From Heyndrickxia ginsengihumi (lineage in GTDB: Bacteria > Bacillota > Bacilli > Bacillales > Bacillaceae_C): a DNA stretch of 32,000 nt. Numbering within the stretch: the first letter of the stretch is position 1; the number at the start of each line of letters is the position of its first letter. Below, one piece after another: positions 14,985-22,921 of the stretch. A model generated the notes under the pieces. The model did not search any database. It had not been told where the DNA came from and saw only the letters and a list, made by a program, of their open reading frames with translations. A program made the position numbers and the translations under genes. The stretch spans positions 1,300 to 33,299 of the forward strand of contig NZ_JAAIWK010000003.1 in the NCBI RefSeq assembly GCF_011008565.1. Reading direction: 5' to 3'.

Positions 14985-15635
14985 ATGACCGAAAAATTTA
15001 TTAGAAATGAACAGTTCAATTTCATAAAAAAACAGATTGCTTTGATTAAGGATAGCACGAAAAAGAATGTGCCGCCCAATGTTTTAACAGCTGTAATTGA
15101 TTTAGCGAATGCCAACATTTTAGGACTCTTCCCAAATCCATCAGTGGATCAACAAGAAATATTAGATCTTTCCAAGTTGAAAACAGATGATGAGTATGAG
15201 CAATATATCCAGCGGCTTTCAACTTTTTTAGTGCCCTTTCCAACAATTACAGAGCAGCAACTGAAAAAAATGTTTCCGAAAAATAAAAAATTAAAGTTGC
15301 CGGATTTATCTATCATAGACCATAGCCAGCTGACTTATTTAAGCTGGGATGATTTAAGATCGAATAAAAAATTTATTGTATATGAACTGGATGGAAAAAT
15401 GGTCGGCATTGAATGCAAATTTACACCGACTAGTAAACATAATATTTGTTCCCTTTGTCATCATGTTGGCGAGGTTGCCTATTTTTCAACTGTAACAAAA
15501 GCGAAAAAATCTAAAAATCCGGATTACTATAAATCCATCGGTAATTTTATATGCACCGATAGCAGTGAATGCAATAAAAAAATAACGAATGTTAGCTATT
15601 TAACGACTTTTTTAAGAGACTCATTAGGAATGTGA
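14985..15635 (+). CDS. FusB/FusC-family elongation factor G-binding protein
   Basis: 216 aa. The central FLVPFPTITEQQLKKMFPKNKKLKLPDL parallels staphylococcal FusB (..VVPFELPSPQKLQKVFKKVKKIKIP..). The C-terminal 4-Cys zinc cluster is CSLCHH ... CTDSSEC. SD AGGAGAG 7 nt before the ATG. Confidence 0.8.
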   Translation: MTEKFIRNEQFNFIKKQIALIKDSTKKNVPPNVLTAVIDLANANILGLFPNPSVDQQEILDLSKLKTDDEYEQYIQRLSTFLVPFPTITEQQLKKMFPKNKKLKLPDLSIIDHSQLTYLSWDDLRSNKKFIVYELDGKMVGIECKFTPTSKHNICSLCHHVGEVAYFSTVTKAKKSKNPDYYKSIGNFICTDSSECNKKITNVSYLTTFLRDSLGM

Positions 15636-15642
15636 AAACTTT

Positions 15643-15669
15643 ATATGGTGCTTGTCACCATATTTTTTT
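15643..15669 (+). terminator. intrinsic terminator after the FusB-like gene
   Basis: ATATGGTG (15643-15650) / CACCATAT (15656-15663), loop CTTGT, then a T-run to 15669. Confidence 0.8.
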
Positions 15670-16005
15670 ACTCCAACTGAGAAATGAGGCTGTCAACATC
15701 CTTTCGCTTTCTATCTTTTGCTTTTTCTAATACTCGCTGGATAAAGGGCGCTTTATTTTTTGTATAGGAAACTCTGTCACAACAGTACTTCTTTGCCGAA
15801 TCAACTTTTAATTGTAATATATCTGGATAATTTATAAATGATGTGTATCTTTCATAGGATTGCCCTCTATTCCTTAAATGCGGTGCTTTCTATCTGTTCA
15901 ATGATGATAATTTTATCAACTAACATTTCTTTAACTTGTCTTTTTCTATTGTGAAATCTTTCGTCCAATTTAAATGATAATCTCAATTGTCATTTTATTA
16001 TCCAT
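15668..16005 (-). pseudogene. decayed gene for a small basic protein of unknown family (at least two frame changes)
   Basis: On the minus strand, SD GAGGGAG then ATG 16005 gives MDNKMTIEIII*. A second frame gives ..KLDERFHNRKRQVKEMLVDKIIIIEQIESTAFKE*. A third, start-less frame gives ..YERYTSFINYPDILQLKVDSAKKYCCDRVSYTKNKAPFIQRVLEKAKDRKRKDVDSLISQLE*, ending at 15668. Confidence 0.3.
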
Positions 16006-16300
16006 TCCAATCTCCCTCATAAAAAAATTAAGATATCCCATTTCCTTTATTATATTTCTGTAGCAATTAAGGAAAGCAAATGTAGAAGTTCTATATGTAT
16101 TTAATACTATTATGTTCCCCTTATACTGACAGCAAAAGGGGACTGATTCAAATGCAGTGATTGAACTCAAATAGCTAGCTAGATTCCAATATTAAATGTT
16201 TAATCGAAAACAGGGGAATAATTTGCCCGAAAGTATCAAAAAAATGAAACGAATACAAAATTGGGTATTGTATCCAAATGATTTAACAATTATAATAATT

Positions 16301-16319
16301 AATAATGATAATCATTATC
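16301..16319 (+). promoter_or_regulatory. Fur box
   Basis: AATAATGATAATCATTATC matches the 19-bp consensus GATAATGATAATCATTATC at 18 of 19 positions. It lies 27 nt upstream of the proposed permease start. Confidence 0.85.
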
Positions 16320-16345
16320 ATTTGTATTATAAGAGAGGTGATGAT

Positions 16346-17425
16346 TTGGAACAACAAAGGACAAGTCGTGGAGTAATTGGGAATTTCTATTATCCTGTTC
16401 TTTTTCTTCTTATCTTTTTTATTGCCATTTCAGTAATTTATTCGGTATCTGTCGGACCTGTTCACATTCCATTTAAGAAATCGATGAATATCTTGCTACA
16501 TGTATTAACAAATGGAAAGATGGGATCTGCCGAGAGTGATGGAGGCACTTCCTATTTAAATATTATTTATCAAATTAGAATGCCGCGAGTTATTTTTGCT
16601 CTGCTGATTGGTATGGGACTTTCTTTGTGCGGGATCGTTATGCAATCGGTCGTGCAAAATCCGCTTGCAGATCCATATATTATTGGAATTTCTTCAGGGG
16701 GAGCTCTTGGAGCGACCTTTGCAATTTTGATTGGTTTTGGAAGTAATGCAATCTTTGCAACATTTGGTGTAGCATTTGGCGCCTTTCTCGGTGCAGTTGT
16801 GACATCTGCTGCCGTGCTTTTATTGTCGAGCGTCGGTGGAAAAGCAACGTCTGTAAAGCTCGTTTTGTCGGGTGTTGTTGTTGGCGCTTTGTGCAGTTCT
16901 TTTTCTAGCCTTGTCATTTATTTTGCCAACAATACAGAGGGGATTAAAGATGTTACATTTTGGTCAATGGGTAGCTTAGCCTCTTCAAACTGGGATAAAG
17001 TCCCAATCTTGTCTGTTGTTATTTTGTTTGGCTGTAGTGTTTTTCTCTTTCAACATCGTGTGTTAAACACTATGCTGCTCGGTGATGAGTCCGCCGTTAC
17101 ATTGGGAATTAATTTAAGTTTATTTCGCAAAATCTACATGATTATTGCTGCGTTGATAACGGGAACGATGGTTGCCTATGCTGGAACCATTGGTTTTGTC
17201 GGTTTGATTATTCCCCATATTTGCCGCGGTATCTTTGGTGCTGACCATAAAAGGCTGCTTCCGGCAACAATCCTTTTAGGAGGTCTTTTCTTAATATGGG
17301 CAGATATTCTGTCACGGATACTGATTCACAATGTTGAACTGCCCATCGGCATCATTACATCGGTGATTGGTTCCCCACTATTTATATATATGATTGTGAA
17401 AAAAGGGTATCAGTTCGGAGGGTGA
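16346..17425 (+). CDS. iron-siderophore ABC transporter permease (FecCD family)
   Basis: Polytopic membrane protein with the FecCD signatures RMPRV..ALL.G..LS..G..MQ and GIIT...G.P.F. Start moved to in-frame TTG 16346 after AGAGAGG, because the track start 16196 would place the Fur box inside the CDS. Confidence 0.85.
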   Translation: MEQQRTSRGVIGNFYYPVLFLLIFFIAISVIYSVSVGPVHIPFKKSMNILLHVLTNGKMGSAESDGGTSYLNIIYQIRMPRVIFALLIGMGLSLCGIVMQSVVQNPLADPYIIGISSGGALGATFAILIGFGSNAIFATFGVAFGAFLGAVVTSAAVLLLSSVGGKATSVKLVLSGVVVGALCSSFSSLVIYFANNTEGIKDVTFWSMGSLASSNWDKVPILSVVILFGCSVFLFQHRVLNTMLLGDESAVTLGINLSLFRKIYMIIAALITGTMVAYAGTIGFVGLIIPHICRGIFGADHKRLLPATILLGGLFLIWADILSRILIHNVELPIGIITSVIGSPLFIYMIVKKGYQFGG

Positions 17426-17429
17426 AGAA

Positions 17430-18191
17430 ATGGAGCTGACTGCGGAAAAAATAGAAGTAAAAAGAGGCAAGAAAGAAATCATTAAGAATATTTCCGTATT
17501 TGTAAAAGACAAGCAGTTTGTCGGGTTGATAGGACCAAATGGATGCGGGAAATCGACACTTCTTAAAAGCATTTATAAAAGTTTGATTCCCCAGAGCGGA
17601 AGCGTTTTTTTAGACGATTTAGATGTATTGAAAAGCTCTGAGAAAAAAGTGTCGCAACGTTTAGGTGTAGTTGGACAATTCAATGAAATGAATTTTGATT
17701 TAACTGTCGAGCAAATGGTGCTGTTAGGACGCACACCACATAAGAAACTACTGGAGCCGGATAAACAGGACGATTATCAAATTGTAGAAGAGGCACTAAG
17801 GCGAACACAGCTACTTGAATATAGAAGGCGTAGTTATTTATCACTATCAGGGGGAGAAAAGCAACGGGTTATTCTTGCTCGCACTATCGCGCAAGAGCCA
17901 CAATTGATGGTTCTTGATGAGCCGACTAATCATCTGGATATTCGGCATCAATTTGAAATTCTATCCTGTGTAAAGCAGCTTGGGATCAGCGTACTAGCAG
18001 CTCTCCATGATTTAGAATTAGCTGTTGCGTATTGCGATTATGTATATGCAATCAAAGATGGAGAGGTATATGCACATGGAAAACCAGAAGAGGTGCTAAC
18101 TTCAGAACTAATCGAAGATTTATACCAAATTAGATGTCAAACCTATGTAAATCCTGTGACACATCGTTTAGGATTTGCGTACGAATTATGA
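17430..18191 (+). CDS. iron-siderophore ABC transporter ATP-binding protein
   Basis: Walker A GPNGCGKST, signature LSGGEKQR, Walker B MVLDEPTNHLD. Starts 4 nt after the permease stop, with SD GGAGGGTGA. Confidence 0.9.
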   Translation: MELTAEKIEVKRGKKEIIKNISVFVKDKQFVGLIGPNGCGKSTLLKSIYKSLIPQSGSVFLDDLDVLKSSEKKVSQRLGVVGQFNEMNFDLTVEQMVLLGRTPHKKLLEPDKQDDYQIVEEALRRTQLLEYRRRSYLSLSGGEKQRVILARTIAQEPQLMVLDEPTNHLDIRHQFEILSCVKQLGISVLAALHDLELAVAYCDYVYAIKDGEVYAHGKPEEVLTSELIEDLYQIRCQTYVNPVTHRLGFAYEL

Positions 18192-18205
18192 GGGGGAGTA
18201 TATAG

Positions 18206-19222
18206 ATGAAAAAGAGAGGATTAATTGCCAGCTGCTTAGTCGCTATTACACTGCTTGCCGGCTGTGGTAACAACAACAATGTAAAAGATGAATCGAAAAA
18301 GGACACACAAAGCAAGTCGAACTATCCTGTAACCATTCATAATTATACGAAGGCAGAGGGTGCTACAACATATAAAAAGAAAGATCAAGTATTCAAGAAA
18401 GCACCAAAGAGAATCGTGGCCACTACACGTCCAGTAGCAGAATTACTTTTACATCTTGGGTTAAAAAATAAGATTGTCGGAGTAGGAGGAAGTTTTGGGG
18501 CTCCAGATAAATCAGTTGAAAAAGATTATGCGTCATTAAAGATACTTAGCAAATCATATATTGGTAAGGAAGTGGCACTTGGGGCAAACCCAGATATTAT
18601 CATTGGCCGCGGTGGTTTGTTTGACAATGCAGATTGGGGAGTTGGCACTAGCGATAAACTAAATGATATGGGAATCAACACCTATATTCTTAACTCATCA
18701 ATCCCCGGTGGTACATATAATTCAATATATGAAGACATTGATAATCTAGGGAAAATTTTCAATGTTCAGGATAAAGCGAAGGAATTTTCCGATACATTAA
18801 AGGCGCGTCAGAAAAAAATTACATCAAAACTTTCCAAAATTAAAGAGACTCAGACATTTGCCTATTTACATATGTCTGATCCAAAAGATGTCAGTGTATA
18901 CTCAGCCTATAATGAGACCTTTTTCAATAATGCTTTCAATATGATTAAACTTAAAAATATATTTGAGAATGAAAAGGGAAATGTTAGTGTTGAAACATTG
19001 GTTAAAGCAAACCCAGATGTATTAATTGTTCTGAATTGGGAAAATGATGCCGACAAGGTTAAGAAAGCACTCTTAGCAAATCCGAAACTATCAAGTATGA
19101 AGGCAATTAAAAATAAACAAGTATATGCTGTAGATTATAACTATTTGTTCGGCTACAGTTACGATACGATTGATGGGATAGAACAACTTGCTAAAGAAAT
19201 GCACCCTAATTTATTTAAATAG
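18206..19222 (+). CDS. siderophore-type ABC substrate-binding lipoprotein (Peripla_BP_2 / cluster A)
   Basis: Lipobox LLAGC with Cys20 and a Lys/Asn-rich linker. RIVATTRPVAELLLHLG and NPDVLIV motifs are typical of FhuD/FatB-like binders. SD GAGGGGGAG. Confidence 0.85.
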   Translation: MKKRGLIASCLVAITLLAGCGNNNNVKDESKKDTQSKSNYPVTIHNYTKAEGATTYKKKDQVFKKAPKRIVATTRPVAELLLHLGLKNKIVGVGGSFGAPDKSVEKDYASLKILSKSYIGKEVALGANPDIIIGRGGLFDNADWGVGTSDKLNDMGINTYILNSSIPGGTYNSIYEDIDNLGKIFNVQDKAKEFSDTLKARQKKITSKLSKIKETQTFAYLHMSDPKDVSVYSAYNETFFNNAFNMIKLKNIFENEKGNVSVETLVKANPDVLIVLNWENDADKVKKALLANPKLSSMKAIKNKQVYAVDYNYLFGYSYDTIDGIEQLAKEMHPNLFK

Positions 19223-19226
19223 AGCT

Positions 19227-19266
19227 AAGCCCGTTGTCATTCAATATTTGGCAACGGGTTTGTTTC
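19227..19266 (+). terminator. intrinsic terminator after the importer operon
   Basis: AAGCCCGTTGTC (19227-19238) / GGCAACGGGTTT (19250-19261), 12 bp with two G-U pairs, then a GTTTC tail. Confidence 0.65.
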
Positions 19267-19442
19267 AAATTCAACAAGATGCAGACTAATTGATACTGAC
19301 TCGTATTATAACTACAAAGTAATAGGTGTTTGAGAATCTATTTCTAGAAAAGAAAACATGAGTTCTCCATTTGGTAGATTTCCTCTTTACTTTTCAGTAG
19401 GTTATAATTTTATAAGGATTAAAAAGAAATGGGGTATTCGAG

Positions 19443-21155
19443 TTGATTCGGCGTTTTTTCTCTTACTACCGGCCTTATAGAAGTTTATTTTTAATAGATT
19501 TTTCTTGTGCGGTTCTTGCTGGGATATTTGAGCTTGCCTTTCCAATGGCAGTTAATAAAGTAATTGATAAGCTATTGCCAGGAAAAGATTGGTCACTCAT
19601 TATTTGGGCTTGTATCGGGCTATTTGTGATGTACGCAATTAACACAGGTCTGCAGTATATCGTTACATATTGGGGACATAAGCTTGGCATTAATATTGAA
19701 ACAGATATGCGCAAACAGCTTTTCAACCATATACAAAAACTTTCTTTCCGCTTCTTTGATAATAATAAAACAGGAAATCTTTTGTCACGGTTGACGAACG
19801 ATTTGTTTGAAATTGGAGAGGTTGCCCATCACGGTCCCGAGGATATTTTTATCGCAATTATGACATTGCTGGGCGCTTTTGTCATGATGTTCATGACAAA
19901 TTGGAAGCTCGCTTGTATGACCTTTGTGATTATTCCTTTTTTAATATGGTTAATCGTGATTTGTAATAAAAAGATGACAAATACCTTTCATCATATGCAT
20001 GCAAATGTTGCCGATTTTAGTTCCCGAGTCGAAAACACTATTGGCGGAATTAGAGTAGTTCAAGCTTTCTCGAATGAAGAATATGAACGGATGCGTTTTG
20101 ATATGAATAATCAGCGTTTGCGTCAAACGAAACTCACATCATATCGTATTATGGGTATTAGCACTTCGATAAGTTATATGATGATGCGTTTCATGACCCT
20201 ATTTGTTCTAATTTGCGGGACATGGTTTGTTCTTCATGGGAGACTATCATATGGGGAGTTCGTTGAGTTCATCCTATTAATCAATGTTTTCTTTAGACCG
20301 GTTGAGAAAATTAATGCTGTTATTGAAAGTTATCCGAAAGGTATTGCAGGATTCAAAAGATTTACTGAAATCATTGATAAGGCTCCAGATGTGAAAGATG
20401 CACCTAATGCTCGTGATATTGGACAAGTAAACGGAAATATTTCTTATAAAGATGTTTGTTTTAGCTATGACAGACAAAAGCCGGTTCTCAATCATATTAA
20501 TTTACATGTTTCTGCAGGTGAGACGGTTGCGTTTGTAGGTCCTTCAGGTGCAGGGAAATCAACTATTTGCTCGCTGCTGCCTAGATTTTATGAGGTGGAA
20601 TCTGGAAGCATTGAAATTGACGGCATCGATATAAAAGAGATTACTTTATCTTCCTTGCGACAGCAAATTGGTATCGTTCAGCAAGATGTTTTTCTATTTT
20701 CAGGGACAATACGTGAAAATATTGCTTATGGAAAACTTGATGCAACAGATGAGGAAATTTGGGAAGCGGCACGGCGGGCCCAGCTCATTGGTTTGATTGA
20801 ATCACAGCCTGACGGCTTAAATACGGTTATAGGTGAAAGGGGCGTAAAACTTTCAGGTGGGCAGAAGCAGCGGTTATCTATTGCGCGGATGTTTTTAAAA
20901 AATCCACCGATTTTGATCCTTGATGAGGCAACTTCAGCGTTAGATACGGAAACAGAAGCTGCCATCCAGCAGGCGTTGATGGAATTGTCTAAAGGCAGAA
21001 CAACACTTGTCATTGCACATAGACTGGCAACAATTAAACATGCTGATCGGATTGTTGTTGTAACCGAAGATGGCATTCATGAAGAAGGGCGCCATGAAGA
21101 GCTAATTCGCCAAGGAGGCATTTATAGCCAATTACACCAGGCGCAATTTGGCTAA
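19443..21155 (+). CDS. ABC exporter, fused transmembrane + ATP-binding domains (MsbA/type IV exporter fold)
   Basis: 570 aa with 6 predicted TM helices. Walker A GPSGAGKST, signature LSGGQKQR, Walker B ILILDEATSALD, H-loop IAHRL. TTG start. Confidence 0.9.
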   Translation: MIRRFFSYYRPYRSLFLIDFSCAVLAGIFELAFPMAVNKVIDKLLPGKDWSLIIWACIGLFVMYAINTGLQYIVTYWGHKLGINIETDMRKQLFNHIQKLSFRFFDNNKTGNLLSRLTNDLFEIGEVAHHGPEDIFIAIMTLLGAFVMMFMTNWKLACMTFVIIPFLIWLIVICNKKMTNTFHHMHANVADFSSRVENTIGGIRVVQAFSNEEYERMRFDMNNQRLRQTKLTSYRIMGISTSISYMMMRFMTLFVLICGTWFVLHGRLSYGEFVEFILLINVFFRPVEKINAVIESYPKGIAGFKRFTEIIDKAPDVKDAPNARDIGQVNGNISYKDVCFSYDRQKPVLNHINLHVSAGETVAFVGPSGAGKSTICSLLPRFYEVESGSIEIDGIDIKEITLSSLRQQIGIVQQDVFLFSGTIRENIAYGKLDATDEEIWEAARRAQLIGLIESQPDGLNTVIGERGVKLSGGQKQRLSIARMFLKNPPILILDEATSALDTETEAAIQQALMELSKGRTTLVIAHRLATIKHADRIVVVTEDGIHEEGRHEELIRQGGIYSQLHQAQFG

Positions 21156-21218
21156 AAATACATGCAAGTGGTCCATATAAATGAAAAGTTTCTTGTGCAC
21201 AAATATATAAACACTTCC

Positions 21219-21249
21219 AGGCTGGATTATTGGAATCCAGTCTTTTTTT
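21219..21249 (+). terminator. intrinsic terminator after the ABC exporter
   Basis: AGGCTGGATT (21219-21228) / AATCCAGTCT (21234-21243), loop ATTGG, then a T-run to 21249. Confidence 0.8.
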
Positions 21250-21557
21250 GTCTGTAATACCTTTAATAAAAAGTTTTATATACAGTTCCCTTTCTCTATT
21301 TTTCATTGATTTCTTATTTATTGTGGTGAGGAGGGTCGCCCTTTCTTAAATGTATTAAAGAAGATGTTAAGATTTTTTTAATAGAAAGTATGTAGACTAA
21401 GCGATGTAATGATTTATGCAGTATTTTTCACGTTCAATCACTGAAGTGGAAAGACGTGCGAGACGTCACTGCAAATATATTTAGCCTTTATTATCAGGAG
21501 ATTTTTCAATATTTCTTTTATTTAATCTGTAACTTTGTTTTTTAAACAAGAAAGGGA

Positions 21558-21585
21558 GTTGATTTCTGCTCGCGGATGCTGAGCC
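21558..21585 (+). repeat. copy B of the short dispersed intergenic repeat
   Basis: gttgatttctgctcgcggatgctgagcc, preceded by AAGGGAG. Aligns with 29413-29440, which is also preceded by AAGGGAG, and more loosely with 10936-10963. Confidence 0.35.
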
Positions 21586-21743
21586 TTTAACGAGGAAGGA
21601 ATTGCGATGGAAAAAGGGAGCCGGTATTACGATACCGGTGAAGTAGCAAACTTTTGGAAACAACCATACTGAATTTATGTTACGGGTCCATTTGGGAAGA
21701 ACAGGAAATTAAGCAATATCATGAGATGAAAGGAGCGAACAGG

Positions 21744-22760
21744 ATGGATAACAATATGTATAGTACACCACAAACTCTTTATATTGTTGTTCCTTGTTAC
21801 AATGAGGAGGAAGTCTTGCCAGAGACTATAACTCGGCTTTCCTCTATACTACGTCAAATGATAGAAAAACATGCAATTGATAAAAATAGTGCGATTTTAT
21901 TAGTGGACGATGGAAGCAAGGATCAGACTTGGAGATTAATAGAGCAATACTTTCAACCAAATCATTTTGTCAGAGGAATAAAGCTTGCACATAATGCTGG
22001 ACATCAGAATGCCCTTTTTGCGGGTCTTATGCATGCGAAAGAGCGTGCAGATATCGTCATTTCTATTGATGCTGATCTTCAGGATGATGTGGATGTGATA
22101 CCGGAAATGGTAGATAAATATCACGAGGGATATGATGTCGTTTATGGTGTACGTAAAGATCGTTCAACTGACACCAGTTTTAAAAGGTTTACGGCACAAA
22201 CCTTTTATCGGCTTATGAAAAAATTGGGGGCAGATATCGTATATAATCATGCAGATTACCGCCTCGTTAGTAAAAGAGTATTAGAACAGCTTTCAATGTA
22301 CGAGGAGCGAAATCTCTTTTTGCGGGGAGTGATCCCTATGATTGGTTTCCCCTCTACCTATGTTTATTATAGTCGATCAGAGCGGTTTGCCGGAGAATCG
22401 AAATACCCCTTAAAGAAAATGCTATCTTTTGCATTTGATGGGATTACTTCACTTAGTGTAACACCCATTCGTTACATAACTGGAATCGGTCTAGCGATGT
22501 CCTTTATCTCACTTATCGTCGGACTTTATTCATTCATACGTGAGATGATGGGGCACACAGTTATGGGATGGACTTCTTTAATGACCTCGATCTGGTTGAT
22601 CGGTGGCATACAGTTGATTTGCTTAGGTGTCATTGGAGAATACATCGGGAAAATTTATAAAGAGACGAAACGCCGGCCGAAGTACCATTTAGAAACAATT
22701 TTAGAAAAGCAATCTAGTGTTGACAGAAAACGAAGTCATAGCAATGTGTGGGGCGGCTAA
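21744..22760 (+). CDS. GT2-family polyprenyl-phosphate glycosyltransferase (GtrB/ArnC/YkcC-like)
   Basis: VVPCYNEEE, LVDDGSKD and SIDADLQDD (the DxD motif), plus two C-terminal TM helices. Start at ATG 21744, 8 nt after GAAAGGAG. Confidence 0.85.
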   Translation: MDNNMYSTPQTLYIVVPCYNEEEVLPETITRLSSILRQMIEKHAIDKNSAILLVDDGSKDQTWRLIEQYFQPNHFVRGIKLAHNAGHQNALFAGLMHAKERADIVISIDADLQDDVDVIPEMVDKYHEGYDVVYGVRKDRSTDTSFKRFTAQTFYRLMKKLGADIVYNHADYRLVSKRVLEQLSMYEERNLFLRGVIPMIGFPSTYVYYSRSERFAGESKYPLKKMLSFAFDGITSLSVTPIRYITGIGLAMSFISLIVGLYSFIREMMGHTVMGWTSLMTSIWLIGGIQLICLGVIGEYIGKIYKETKRRPKYHLETILEKQSSVDRKRSHSNVWGG

Positions 22761-22921
22761 TAGCAAAATACTGAAGAAATTAATCAGGTTTAGCCTTTCC
22801 CCTGTACTTAAGGGCTCTATCGTTTGTCTGTAAAAAGAGCAGAGAGTCCTTCTGTATGTTCAGAAAAATACTTGAAAAATAGAATTTATGATTGTGTTAT
22901 ACGGTTGAAAGGATGATAGAG

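Noticed and set aside
15905-15918. Second Fur-box-like element TGATAATTTTATCA.
   Set aside because: It is one nucleotide short of the 7-1-7 consensus, lies inside a pseudogene, and is about 400 nt from the nearest functional start.
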